From: Leucoraja erinacea
Lineage: Eukaryota
Length of the DNA stretch: 64,000 nucleotides
Direction of reading: 5' to 3'
Assembly (NCBI RefSeq): GCF_028641065.1
Contig: NC_073382.1
Location: 59,210,001 to 59,274,000 of the forward strand
Within the stretch, counting starts at the first letter, position 1. The number at the start of each line of letters is the position of its first letter. Below, in pieces: positions 50,001 to 60,375 of the stretch. A program made the translations under genes and the position numbers. The notes beneath the pieces are model-generated. The model was not told the origin of the DNA and searched no databases. It saw only the letters and a list, made by a program, of their open reading frames with translations.

Positions 50001-53000
50001 ACATATAGGTCCACCACCGATTTTCCTTCACCCTTGGTTCCAGAGTCTTTCTGGATTATCCGTTTTGCCAGACCAACAGAGGCGACAGCCCCCGAGAGGA
50101 GTCAAAACGGTACTGGAACAGTCCACCTTGGCCAGCAAGGGGCCGAGATACCGGCCCACAAAGTCGGCCTCGGAAGTCGACTATGGGAACGGTTGCAGGG
50201 GACAAATTCGACCCACCGATCGGCCACTGAAGTGGGCTGTGGGAATGAATTTGCCGGCCCCAGCCGGACCGGAGTTCCAGAGCTCTGGCCTCAGGGATAA
50301 ATTCGACCCCCCCGATCGGCTGCAGTAATCCCGCTGAGGTCGAGATCCGTCGTCTCACCTGGCCTGAGTACAATTTTTTCGGGGTGACTTCCGGGGAGGA
50401 GTTCAAGTGAAATTTCGTAATTTTGTCTGGATTGGAGGAGGTGCCAGACCACCAGGTTCTGGAAAATGGGTGGTGGACCTGTACAAAGGAGAATATATCA
50501 GATGTCTACTAGTGGGTTAGAGCGATGGACAAGGTAAGGCATGAAAGATTTTATAAAAAGGCTGAGGATTTTCACATTGAATGTTCTGAGGTCCATAGTT
50601 GGTCTAAGCTCAGGAGTGATATTGGTGCAAGTTAATGTTTCGGCAGCAAAGTTCTGGTATGGTCAAAGATTTTGGAGGGTGAATAAGAGACTGGCCAGAC
50701 GGACACGGGAATTAATAAATGGAGAGGTAATGAAAGGTGCAGATGCGTATTTCAATAACAGATGAGTTGAGAATGGTCAGTGATTATTGGTGAAACACTT
50801 GAGTAAGCAGCGTGACAAAAATGCTGAAACTCAGCGGGTGAGGCAGCATCTATGGAGCGAAGGAAATAGGCAACGTTTCGGGTCAAAACCCTTCTTCAGA
50901 CTGGTGTGGGGTGGGGGGGGGGGGGGGGATGAGGGGGCAGGAGGAAGAAAGGAAGAGGTGGAACTAGAGGGCTGAGGGAGAGCTGAGAAGGGGGGGAGAA
51001 AATAAGGACTACCTGAAATTAGAGAAGTCAAAATGTTCATACGACTGGGGTGCAAACTGCCAAAGCGAAATATGAGGTGCTGCCGCTCCAATTTACAGTG
51101 GTCCTCACTCTGGCCATGGAAGAGGCCCAGGACAGAAAGGTCGGATTCGGAATGGGAGGGGGAGTTTAAGTGCTGAGCCACCGGGAGATCAGGTTGGCTA
51201 TTGCGAACCGAGCGGAGGTGTTCGGCGAAGCGGTCACCAAGCCTATGCTTGGTCTCACCGATGTAGAGCAGCTGACACCTAGAACAGCGGATGCAATAGA
51301 TGGGTTTCAAGGAGGTGCAGGTGAACCTCTGCCGCACCTGGAAAGACTGCTTGGGTTCTTGAATGGAGTCAAGGGGGATGTCAGCTGCTCTACATCGGTG
51401 AGACTAAGCGTAGGCTTGGCGATCGCTTCGCCGAAAACCTCAGCTCGGTTTGTTGCCTACTTCCTTCGCTCCATAGATGCTGCCTCACCCGCTGAGTTTC
51501 TCCAGCATTTTTGTTTACCTTCGATTTTCCAGCATCTGCAGTTCCTTCTCAAACAGTAAGCAGTGTGAAATGTGTTTGGAAACTGACTCAGCGAGCAGTT
51601 TAAACCGTCTGCAAAGTGGTTCAGCCTCGTAAATGAGTGCACTTCCATTTAAAACACTTTAATCAGGGCGAATAACAAGAACATAGCATTTATCATGTGT
51701 ATGACGCCTGATTTGTGGGGAAAGCTGTACATACTCGTAGAATCACAGCGTGATATATCACATGAACTATTTATTTAGCCAGCGGGTTGTCATCAATGTT
51801 TCTCTCTTCATGAACCACCGTCTAATTTCACTCACTTGCTTGCTCACTCACTATGCCTTTCAGTATTCTGCCTTTACTACTTAATTAGTTATTTTTGCTC
51901 ATTTTCAACTAGGAAAATGTTTACTTAAAATTAGTGTATTTCAAACAGTCATATTTTAAGATGGGTAATTATTTAAATAATTTATTTCATTGAAATATCA
52001 CATTTTACATTTATTCTGGGTAATTTGATGAATTTAAAAATTCCATATGCCTTGTAACCTGCCTAAAAGGGCTGTGTTAACAGAATGCAAAATAAGTTGA
52101 CACCTTGTTAATGGACTAGGTATTTGAAGGATAACACTCAATTCAAGCCCTGATTGCCACGATTAATAATCTGTTGGAAAAGTGTTCATGTGAGTGGCAA
52201 ATTAAATTTTATTACTTTAAACTTCTTCAGAGGTTTTTGCATGGAACAAATTAATGATTTTTCAGTGAACATATTTCCTTGAGATAGACACAAAATGCTT
52301 GAGTAACTCAGCGAGACAGGCAGCATCTCCAGAGAGAAGGAATGGGTGACGTTTTGGGTCGAGACACTTCTTCAGTCTAAAGAAGGGTCTCGACCTGAAA
52401 CATCGCCCATTCCATCTCTCCAGAAATACTGCCTGACCCGCTGAGTTACTCCAGCATTTTGTGTCTATCTTCGGTCTAAGTAGTTCCTTCCTACATATTA
52501 TTTTCTTACATGTTAGACTATTAAGATTTTGAATATTTGAATTTTTAGCACAAATGTTTCGGAGTATAAACCATTCAAACACAAACCATGAACCTGTAAG
52601 TGAAGGATAAATCACCAACTGAATCGCACTATGAGATTAAATGTTTAAGAAAGAACTGCAGATGCTGGAAAAATCGAAGGTAGGCACTAAATGCTGGAGA
52701 AATTCAGCAGGTGAGGCCGCATCTATGGAGAGTCATCTAAATGGTGGCTGATTAGGAAAAGGGGAGATGCAGCGAGACCTGGGTGTCATGGTACACCAGT
52801 CATTGAAAGTAGGCATGCAGGTGCAGCACGCAGTGAAGAAAGCGTATGGTATGTTAGCTTTCATAGCAAAAGGATTTGAGTATAGGAGCAGGGAGGTTCT
52901 ACTGCAGTTGTACAGGGTCTTGGTGAGACCACACCTGGAGTATTGCGTACAGTTTTGGTCTCCAAATCTGAGGAAGGACATTATTGCCATAGAGGGAGTG

Positions 53001-56000
53001 CAGAGAAGGTTCACCAGACTGATTCCTGGGATGTCAGGACTGTCTTATGAAGAAAGACTGGATAGACTTGGTTTGTACTCTCTAGAATTTAGGAGATGGA
53101 GAGGGGATCTTATAGAAACTTACAAAATTCTTAAGGGATTGGACAGGCTAGATGCAGGAAGATTGTTCCCGATGTTGGGGAAGTCCAGGACAGGGGGTCA
53201 CAGCTTAAGGATAAGGGGGAAATCCTTTAAAACCGAGATGAGAACAACTTTTTTCACACAGAGAGTGGTGGATCTCTGGAACTCTCTGCCACAGAGGGTG
53301 GTCGAGGCCAGTTCATTGGCTATATTTAAGAGGGAGTTAGATGTGGCCATTGTGGCTAAGGGGATCAGAGGGTATGGAGAGAAGGCAGGTACGGGATACT
53401 AAGTTGGATGATAAGCCATGATCATATTGAATGGCGGTGCAGGCTCGAATGGCCGAATGGCCTACTTCTGCACCTAATTTCTATGTTTCTGTTCTATGAG
53501 AGAAGGAATTGGCGACATTTTGGGTCGAGACCCTTCTTCATTGCTAGTTTCTCATCATCAATGCTTGTTTCTCATCATCATTTTCTTTTCTGTTTCTTAC
53601 CTTAACTTTATATGCTGGTGGTGTTATATTTAGGAGTTGGAAGAGCATTAGAATACAAAATGGCATCATTTGGTGTTAAAACATGTGGCGAACTGCAGCA
53701 GATTTTGATGGCAAGACTTCAAAAGGAATTTGGGCCCAAAACAGGCCAAATGCTTTACAGATTCTGCCGAGGCCTTGATGATAGGCCAGTCCGAACAGAG
53801 AAAGAGCGAAAATCTGTATCTGCAGAAATCAACTATGGAATTCGGTTTAGTCAGGTAAGTTATTTATTAATATTTTTGAGAACTTGCAATCTTTTGTTCA
53901 TATTAATAGCAAGCTTTTTTACATCTGATCCTGAGTTTTATGCAAATCAAATGATCTGCATCAACTTTTGGTCTCTGTGAAGTACATTTAAATTGAAATA
54001 ATTTGCAATATCAAATGTATGATTCAAAATAATTTAAAATGTACCTACTTATACCAGGTCTCCATTATTCTACCATTGGCCAGAATATGCCACAAACAAG
54101 CAGGATTGGTCAGTCATTTATGCACATATATTTAAGCTACATGCAACATTCTTAAAGCAAAATGAATATAAATGTAAATACTGTATGTATGACAATTCTT
54201 GCTTGTATCTTTTTTTTACATGGAAACTTTTTTGTTTGGAGTGCATGTATAATTATTTATTTTTTTAAAACCATTCAAATCGAGCAACGTTAGAACCACA
54301 GAATTGTATTTTGGCCATTAATTACTCAGTAAACAAGGCGATGTTCCAAGACTCATTACCCCACTAAATGATTACCCCATTTTTGTTGTCAAATTCCTGA
54401 GGAAATCTGCGGAGGAGTGTATTCCTACCAAGACCATCTGTACTCAGACAAAGCTCCAACACCACCTTTAAATTCGTTGACAATGCCAATGTCATTGGAG
54501 AATTAACAAAATAACGAATCAGAGTACAGGAGGGAGATTGTAAATCTGATTGGGTGGTGTCAGAAAAACCATCTTGCTCTCAGCATTAGCAAAACCAAGG
54601 AGCTGACTGTTAACTTCAAGAAGGAAAACCCGAGAGACCATGCTTGTGTCTTTGTTGGGATGACGGTGAAGAGAATTAACAACTTCAGTTTCTTGCGCAT
54701 ACACATCTGTGATCTGTCCTGGACCAAGCACATTGATACATTCGTAAAGAAAGCTCCTCAACCCTTCTGCGTCATCAAAAGTTTGAGGAGATTCGGCATG
54801 TTGCCGATCAAACTACTACAAGTGTATGGTGGAGAGCTAACTGACTGGTTGCAAGATCCCCAAGAAGGAAGGAGACTCCAAAAAGTGGTGAACATTGCCC
54901 GTAGGGTACTGACCGCTCCACCATTAAGGAAGCTGCAGAAAACATTGCCTCAAGAACGCAGCTAATATTTGGCCATTGGGAAGAAGGTACAGGAGCCTGA
55001 AAACTGTTACCTCGCAGTTCTTTCTATCAACCATCCATCGTGTTTTTGATCTACCCCGCACAGCCCAACATCAACACTGAACCACGTCGGACTTTGTACT
55101 ATTTTGGTTACTCTATATACTTTGTATTTTGCACTATCATAGTTTTGTTTGCTTAGAAAAATTGATAATTTATCATATATTTATTTATCTGGTTGCATCT
55201 ATTGTGCCTGTAAAGGTGCAGCACATAGATTGCTCCAGTTCCTATCCAATGTATATGACAAATAAACATGCTTGAATTATTTGATTATTACATATTATGA
55301 GAATAGAGGTTGTAGGAAAGGTTGAGCTATGAATATCTTTGTCGTCGCAGAGATCTTCAGTCGCTGGTCTGCAAAATAAGACACAGTGCTGGAGCATGTC
55401 AGGTAGCATCTCTAGCGAACATGGATAGATGACGTTTGTCGGGCTGCTTCTTCCGAAGTCTTCAAAAGCCTGAAGAAAAGTGTGACCCAAAACATCACAT
55501 ATCCATGTGCTCCAGAGATGCTGCCTGTCACGTCAAGTTACTCCAGCACATTGTGTCCTATTTTGAATATCTTTGCCACCTGAATTGAATGCATACATTC
55601 TGATAACTACACAGCTTCCTTAATGTAATTCCTATCAAATCATTGCCATCCGAGACCAGGATATTATTTTCCATTATCCTCCGTTTCACTACCATTCCAA
55701 ATGGTTCCTTTTCCCTGTCATTTTAAAACAAGATTACCCTAATCTTGATAGCCTTCACCTAATTACAAATGTTTCCTTGAATGCCTCGAATTTTTGTGAA
55801 GCCTTGTGAAGCTTCTTTCCAGCAATTTTCACTATTTGAATCATCCCAATCCATTTCCATGTACCCAAAAAAATCTCCATTGAAAACACCAATTGTATTC
55901 CTTGTTCTGCTAAGAATAAGAAATGCTTTGATGCTAGATGGCATTTTTGTTGGTACACTGCATTAAAATTGAAGGTAATGAATCTTAAATGATAGACACA

Positions 56001-59000
56001 AGATCTGGAGTAACTCAATACAATACTATACAATACAATAAAAGAACCAAAACACACACCAACACTATTCACATAAACATCCATCACAGTGGCTCTCCTC
56101 CTCACTGTGATGGAAGGCAAAGTTCTTGTCTCTCCCCTGCATTGGGACAGGCAGCATCTCTGGAGAGAAGGAATGGGTGGCGTTTCGGGTCGCGACCCTT
56201 CTTTAGTCAGGTAGTTCCTTCCTACAATCTTACATGATAGCTACTTTCTCTCCCCAGTGATTCTTATAAACTTGTTGACAGCTGAAGGCAGTAATAAAAA
56301 TTATGAACTTGCAGGTCAAACGCTTGACTTAACAGGGAAGTAGAAATAGAGGGGAAATCCCAGCACCTATGCTTAATATAACTGACTTTTGATATTTATC
56401 TTTGTCTACAACTCTGGTTCAAAATTCTCAATTAAAATAAGATTTTGTAGCAAAGAATCTGTTTTTGCTTAAACCTGCAACTCAAAATACTTTTTGGCCA
56501 TGACTATCGCCCTTTGAGATTTTTGTTAAATTGATGGTGGAAAATCTCTTTATTGGTTAAGGGTTTGTATTTATAATTTTTGTCTTTCTCTCAAACATTT
56601 TAAATTAAAAAACAGTGTTATACAAATAATATACAAAACAAAAATTGTGCAAAATTCTCAAAACATTCTTTCCCTCCCTCAGACTAAAGAGGCAGAAGTA
56701 TTTCTTTTCAATCTTGCGGGAGAAATTCAGCGGCGACTGGAGCTGTCCAGAATGCAAGGGAAACGTTTAACTCTTAAAGTAATGGTGAGAAAACCTGGTG
56801 CACCTACAGAACCGGCTAAGTTTGGTGGGCATGGAATCTGTGACAATATTACTAGGTATGTTGAATTGTGAATCGATGTTTGTAAAAAAGAAAATATATA
56901 ACTTTAGAAAAAAATAATGTCCGACAAAGATATATTCAAAGGTTAGTTAACAAGATCATCTTTTCTTCCTTCACTACACAACATCTAAAAGAATAGTGGT
57001 TTATGTAAAAATTGAATATAAAACAACACAAAATAATGTTTGTTAAACCTTAGGTTATTAGTATATGTATGCTTTCATAATCGCTCGCATAGTCTTTATT
57101 TAGTCTTTCATCATATTATACAACATAGCAAGCTCTCTATTTTTTGGGTTTTTCGTAAATTAAAACCAAAATCCACAATGTATTACTGGATACAGAATTA
57201 GTAAAGTTGAGATTATTGTGAAAACTCGAGCTCAAGTCAGCACAATGCCCAAGTTGCACTTTAAATCTATATAAATATAGACAAAGCGTGGTGTTTTTTT
57301 AGCTGAAATTCTTACATTATTGGCTTCAGACTCCTTGTGTTTTGTGACGTTGCAAACAGGGTTAGTAAAATATCACGGTTAAAATATGCAAAATTTCAGT
57401 GTATCGAGGTTTTGAAAATATGCGGTATAAAACTTGCAAATTCTACAAATGCGTGCAGTCTTCTGGAAATTCCCAGTTGGAATTAATCTTGCTCTTTGGA
57501 TATGGTGCTTTGATTTCAACAAAAATTCATGAACATTGAGGAAATTTTGTTTGTCATGTCATTACAGCTTATCTTTTAACAACTTGATGGGACTTCATAA
57601 TTTATTCTGGTGAAGATAGTTTTGCTATTTTCACTTACTAGAGTTACGTTTTTAGATAGGTTTAGTATATAATTGAATATTGGCATTTTTTCCAGGATAA
57701 CTAAAATAGTATGATCGGAAATCGTAAGACCACTGCACAATACTTGATTAAACCTCACCTGTGATTAGATCGCGGTGATTAAAAGTTCTTAATTGAATTG
57801 CTCTTTATGTCCAACTAATTCACAACATTCGTTATTAAAGACAACGCCATAGAATGCTCATCATAGAAGTCTATGATTAGTCTTTTCTACACCTTTGGAT
57901 GGACTGCACTTTGAATACGGCGTTGAAGTCTTATACGTAGCAATTATTTGCTATTTCTGGTGGCCTCTTTAGGAAAGTAGTGTTAGACTGCCTCCTGACA
58001 ATTAGTATAGAAAGTGTTAGTTATCCAGGGTACAGGGACCAGTTAGAATTTTGTAAGAGGTTTTGGTTTATTCATCCAGAATCATTTCACTACACTACCA
58101 ACTTCTATTCATTTGGCAAAGATTGTTGATTAGCACTCATCATTTGTTTTGTGTGTGCCTTCTTAATTTTGTAAATGTCTATGGATTTACATTTCCTATA
58201 TTTGCAAATGCCACTTAAATACCACTTTGCACTCCCTGCTGTTTTTCATTTGTCATCTGTCTATGGCATAACAGGCAACCCAAAGAATGCTGCAAAATAA
58301 TTTAAAATATTTGCTGTATTTTTAAAGATCTTTTGTTTCTTCAGTTTCAAAATAGTTTACATTTTAAAATTATTTGATGCTCAATGAACCTGACATAGGA
58401 TCCCATATTTAGGCTTATTGTTTTGCATTATGAAATATCTTGTAAATTAATTTCTAAAATGTGAAAGAATAAGGTGCAAGACAAATTATATTCCATCAGA
58501 TTCCTTCATCTAATTCCGTACACGTGCTACATTTGAATCCTCAGAAAAAAAGTTTATATTTTGATATGGCCCTTGTGGCTAAGGGGATCAGGGGGTATGG
58601 AGAGAAGGCAGGTACGGGATACTGAGTAGGATGATCAGCCATGATCATATTGAATGGCGGTGCAGGCTCGAAGGGCCGAATGGCCTACTCTTGCACCTAA
58701 TTTCTATGTTTCTATATGCAAATTAAAGGTTATTTTTGCTGAATTTTGATAATAGTAAATTATTCATCTTAGCCCTAGAGCGCTGAAACAATAAGCTTAG
58801 AAATTCACTGCAGTAATGTTCTGAACAAAACTTCCTGCTTACAACAGTGCCACCACCCGATTTTTGTGCAGTGAGCATGTAGCGTAGTTTGTAAGAGTAA
58901 TTTTGAAGGATGTTGTTTGGAATTAGCTTTTACAGTGATTAATTTATGCAATCTGATTAAATTCTGAAAATGTGTCCTTTAGTTATGCGTTTCAAGAGGC

Positions 59001-60375
59001 TTGATGTTAACATGATAAATCTAAAATATGGTGCAGACTTTTAACATTTCTTTCTATATTTATATTAATATGATAATTTAAGCATAGAATTGTAAGGAAC
59101 TGGATTTTACATTTGTTCTTCACATGGTATTTTATAAATTATGCACCTAAATATGTTTTGCTCCTACCTTTGTTGTCATTTTAACAATTGTCTCCAAATT
59201 TGGAATCTATAGAAGTGTGACCTTAGACCATGCAACGGGAAATGCAAAAATAATTAGCAGAGAAGTACTGAACATGTTCCACATGATGAAGCTGAATGTG
59301 ACAGATATGAGAGGGGTAAGTTAAAATTGATGGATTACGATCGATACATTATGTAATTGAGTGACACCATAATAAAACTAAAACTATTTTGACATTCTTT
59401 AGTTGAATCTGCAGTATGCTGTTGGAACGCAGAAAAGGTTTCATTTGGGAATCAATTACCAGGCTTCCAAAATCCAAAGAAAAAGAATAATGTTAAAGTG
59501 GCACAATTTAAAGTAGAATTTAGTCTATCTCGTACCATTTTCAGTTGGCACCACGTCATTAACTATTTTGAGGCCTTTTAAGAGGAGGCAGAATGGATTT
59601 CCTGAAAGAATGGGTACATAAAGATTAGGTACTTCAGACACATGGAGAGATTGGACATGCTAGGATTGTTCTCCTCAGTGCAGAGAGGCCAGTGCAGAGG
59701 AGATTTAATGGTGTTCAAAATCACGAATCATTATGATCATGTTGATACAGTTAATTGTATTTTCTGGTTAAAGCACAAATAACCACATTAATAGTTTTGA
59801 TGTAAATCGCAGATTATGTGAAAAATTATATTTGGCCAATTTATTAGAGGTCTGAAGAAGTAATGTGGATAGAGATAAATGATTTAGAATATATGGAGAT
59901 GCACTAGGCCCAAGCTTTCAGAGAATTCATTAGGACATAACTTGGATAGTCCTACATTAGATTTATTTTGTAATATTTATGCAGTTTGTGCAATAATGTG
60001 TTATGCTGTGCTTATTCTAGTATATCCCCAATTGCAAGTTGCACTATTATATGAAGAATCATTCTTTGAACAAATTGAATAATTGTGAAATATGGTTGCA
60101 GTTGTAAAACATGTGATGCAGTTAAACTGTGAAATATGGGGGGAAAAGTAACATTTTAATTGCATAAAAATGAATTTGAATGTAGTCTAGTTTTTCTCTT
60201 ATTTTTCTTTAGGTTGGAATTCAAATGCATCAGTTAATCCCAGATACCAAAGCTTCACTTAATTCATTCTCTTCATTTGTACGGAATAATGTTGCTGGTG
60301 CGTCATCATGCCCAAAGGTGGATCTGTTTCAGGCATCCAGATCAAGGAAAACTGTGGAACCCAGACTTTCAGAAG
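17017..60375 (+). CDS. REV1: REV1 DNA-directed polymerase (deoxycytidyl transferase); span of 15 coding exons, 3'-incomplete in this window
   Basis: Spliced translation runs MSRGGWRKRAGKEDGWRDW-GGYMAAK...BRCT (LMMLHGGQYHVYYSRSKTTHIIATNL)...HSRLHH (N-digit Arg/Leu)...MHIDMDCFFVSV...SCSYEAR...KNGM...AVSCDEALVD...RKSVSAEINYGIRF...KFGGHGICDN. All junctions are GT-AG and phases are consistent over 2626 nt. Confidence 0.98.
17207..18147 (+). mobile_element. Old CR1 LINE fragment
   Basis: LVKPRLEYCMQF...DVKALERVQKTFTRLLPGLEGISY. Confidence 0.85.
18267..18512 (+). mobile_element. HE1-like SINE
   Basis: gacccgggttcgatccc B-box, V-core, ctaaactaaa tail. Confidence 0.85.
19003..21063. mobile_element. 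MITE family copy B (TA TSD), inverted relative to copies A and C
   Basis: TA|CAGGTGCACAACCTTTTATCCG ... CGGATAAAAGGTTGTGCACCTG|TA; internally duplicated GC-rich modules. Confidence 0.92.
19105..19172 (+). pseudogene. tRNA-like sequence inside the MITE arm (anticodon position reads CAT here, CGT in copy A)
   Basis: A-box TGGCTCAGTGG; D-arm GCTC/GAGT; anticodon stem CGG-ctCATat-CCG; T-arm GCGAG-TTTGCGC-CTTGA with a decayed B-box. Confidence 0.6.
21155..21432 (+). mobile_element. HE1-like SINE
   Basis: gacccgggtttgatcctgactatgggtgc...ccaaagacgtacagg core. Confidence 0.8.
21551..21683 (+). CDS. REV1: REV1 exon 3 (start of BRCT)
   Basis: tttctcctag|GGYMAAKIDKLERQF...IFKGVTIYVNGYT; donor cag|gtatgt; 133 nt. 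Confidence 0.96.
21945..22113 (+). CDS. REV1: REV1 exon 4 (BRCT core)
   Basis: ctttag|EPTADELRRLMMLHGGQYHVYYSRSKTTHIIATNLPNAKIKELKDEKVVRPNWITD; donor ag|gtcagt; 169 nt. Confidence 0.97.
22389..24049. mobile_element. MITE family copy C (TA TSD)
   Basis: Same TIRs with TA on both sides; the first about 170 nt are the reverse complement of the end of copy B. Confidence 0.92.
24480..26080 (-). mobile_element. Old CR1 LINE fragments
   Basis: Reverse-strand CR1 ORF2 remnants, e.g. KRFTRMLPGFEGLNYRERLSRL. Confidence 0.75.
27481..28328 (+). mobile_element. GC-rich non-autonomous retroelement with a LINE-like 3' tail
   Basis: T-rich leader, GC-rich body, ends tgtgaccaataaaataa(cctttgaa)n; same architecture as 61780-62628. 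Confidence 0.55.
28580..29275 (+). mobile_element. RTE-like LINE 3' fragment
   Basis: C-terminal zinc-finger remnant CPICGSIRGSPIGLINNL followed by a short (AAG)n tail. Confidence 0.65.
30228..30374 (+). CDS. REV1: REV1 exon 5
   Basis: tttgcag|IKAGCLLSYIPYQLYTKQSSVQKGLNF...; donor gt|gtgagt; 147 nt. Confidence 0.93.
30628..30750 (-). mobile_element. Very short CR1 3' end with a terminal foldback
   Basis: (AAACATAG)n tail; 17-bp perfect inverted repeat at 30712-30750. Confidence 0.85.
31106..31812 (+). CDS. REV1: REV1 exon 6 (long linker and N-digit)
   Basis: ttttag| open frame containing FISEFYAHSRLHHIAMWKCEFTEYVNRLQ and YPGREKLK; donor g|gtaaga; 707 nt. Confidence 0.94.
32789..32947. other. 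Assembly gap (159 N)
   Basis: Run of N, lying between a Rex1-like tail and a CR1 tail. Confidence 1.
32948..33669 (-). mobile_element. CR1 LINE 3' fragment
   Basis: [31 protein letters not shown] on the minus strand. Confidence 0.9.
33748..33846 (+). CDS. REV1: REV1 exon 7 (catalytic motif I)
   Basis: tccacag|...SCIMHIDMDCFFVSVGIRDHPELK; donor g|gtttgt; 99 nt. Confidence 0.96.
34232..34528 (-). mobile_element. HE1-like SINE, followed by a CR1 remnant to about 34920
   Basis: Reverse complement shows A-box gtggcacagtgg, B-box ggttcgatcc, V-core and ctaaa tail. Confidence 0.85.
36255..36930 (+). mobile_element. Rex1/Babar-like LINE 3' fragment
   Basis: FYRCTVESMLTGCIVAWFGN...RRYRSLKTGTSRFRNSFFP; (CTTGA)n tail. 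Confidence 0.9.
37125..37241 (+). CDS. REV1: REV1 exon 8
   Basis: ttctag|GKPVAVTHNRGHGRVSVRPSANPQFEMQYYQKK; donor g|gtaagg; 117 nt. Confidence 0.95.
38246..38378 (+). CDS. REV1: REV1 exon 9
   Basis: tttatag|...VWENANPASVNGINMDLMALSMAEIASCSYEA; donor ag|gtaaat. A tandem TAGAAG acceptor makes the start ambiguous by 3 nt. Confidence 0.93.
38845..38973 (+). CDS. REV1: REV1 exon 10
   Basis: ttgacag|QTGIKNGMFYGQAKQLCPDLQAVSYNFKAYKEVASIMYETLA; donor ag|gtaatt; 129 nt. Confidence 0.96.
40044..41675 (+). mobile_element. Full-length, inactive Tc1-family DNA transposon (IR/DR type)
   Basis: TA|CAGTGCC...GGCACTG|TA; about 220-bp TIRs with internal direct repeats ccataatgtttgggaca; 1632 bp. Confidence 0.95.
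40402..41421 (+). pseudogene. Tc1 transposase pseudogene
   Basis: Paired-like HTH and GRPRKT linker; catalytic motifs WTDE, QQDNDPK and SPDLNPI(K, E mutated); ends GYATKY*; internal stops (e.g. 40651) and frameshifts. Confidence 0.92.
41678..43720 (+). mobile_element. Helitron-like non-autonomous element(s), partly tandem, with a long C/T tract
   Basis: Subterminal hairpin GCAGACCC-agc-GGGTCTGC followed by ..TTAG at 41863-41892; segment at 41699 repeated at 41949; block shared with 45790-45900. Confidence 0.5.
42560..43687. repeat. Polypyrimidine (C/T) low-complexity tract
   Basis: Directly visible. Confidence 0.95.
44837..44991 (+). CDS. REV1: REV1 exon 11 (catalytic SCDE motif)
   Basis: atttag|YTYDIEAVSCDEALVDIS...IRSEIKEKTQCTASAGM; donor g|gtatgt; 155 nt. 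Confidence 0.97.
45112..45305 (+). mobile_element. HE1-like SINE fragment
   Basis: A-box gtggtgcagttgg, B-box gggttcgatcc. Confidence 0.7.
45520..46920 (+). mobile_element. Second Helitron-like element with a C/T tract, nested in a minus-strand non-autonomous retroelement (45445-47335)
   Basis: Starts (C)TATCTATGATATAAAA followed by (GT)n; shares gtgatgtcacaatgcccaatgctcacagatgtccaatcg with 42157-42200. Confidence 0.5.
47336..47957 (+). mobile_element. CR1 ORF2 internal fragment
   Basis: NNYFGSVFTKED; KSPGPDRLHPRVLKEVAPEIVDAL...VPEDWRVANITPLFK; NYRPVSLTS. Confidence 0.92.
47958..48365 (-). mobile_element. Young CR1 3' end
   Basis: RLRGDLIETYKILKGLDRLDAGRL...GEKAGTGY* plus tail; nearly identical to the copies at 11186 and 52733. 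Confidence 0.93.
48916..49035 (+). CDS. REV1: REV1 exon 12
   Basis: aatag|GSNILLARMATRKAKPNGQYYLKSEEVDDFIRDQLVSSLP; donor ag|gtaaat; 120 nt. Confidence 0.96.
50006..50481. mobile_element. TA-flanked MITE with TIR (C/T)AGGTCCACCACC.ATTTTCC
   Basis: Terminal inverted match with TA on each side; TIR resembles that of the A/B/C family. Confidence 0.75.
50813..51553 (-). mobile_element. Penelope-like retroelement fragment (GIY-YIG) with an inverted segment
   Basis: ORF 50831-51337 IYCIRCSRCQLLYIGETKHRLGDRFAEHLRSV...; 51381-51553 repeats parts of the element in the opposite orientation. Confidence 0.92.
52282..52470. repeat. Palindromic foldback made of two Penelope-derived terminal repeats
   Basis: agatagacacaaaatgc...cttcttcag|tctaaagaag...gcattttgtgtctatct. 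Confidence 0.85.
52733..53490 (+). mobile_element. Young CR1 3' fragment with an intact 211-codon frame
   Basis: ORF 52767-53402 followed by 3'UTR and TTTCTATG tail. Confidence 0.95.
53634..53854 (+). CDS. REV1: REV1 exon 13
   Basis: atttag|GVGRALEYKM...EFGPKTGQMLYRFCRGLDDRPVRTEKERKSVSAEINYGIRFSQ; donor cag|gtaagt; 221 nt. Confidence 0.97.
54440..55275 (+). mobile_element. Old Rex1/Babar-like LINE fragment
   Basis: KFVDN, KTKELTVNF and FSFLRIHI motifs; tail aataaa. Confidence 0.75.
55375..55560. repeat. Older palindromic Penelope-derived foldback
   Basis: gacacagtgctggag...cttcttc / gaagaa...ctccagcacattgtgtc. Confidence 0.65.
56683..56855 (+). CDS. REV1: REV1 exon 14 (little finger / PAD)
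   Basis: ccctcag|TKEAEVFLFNLAGEIQRRL...GKRLTLKVMVRKPGAPTEPAKFGGHGICDNIT; donor ag|gtatgt; 173 nt. Confidence 0.97.
58562..58714 (+). mobile_element. Short CR1 3' end
   Basis: ggcccttgtggctaagggg...tttctatgtttctat. Confidence 0.9.
59213..59315 (+). CDS. REV1: REV1 exon 15
   Basis: ctatag|SVTLDHATGNAKIISREVLNMFHMMKLNVTDMRG; donor ggg|gtaagt; 103 nt. Confidence 0.95.
60213..60375 (+). CDS. REV1: REV1 exon 16
   Basis: ttctttag|VGIQMHQLIPDTK...VDLFQASRSRKTVEPRLSE; donor ag|gttagc; 163 nt. Confidence 0.88.
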
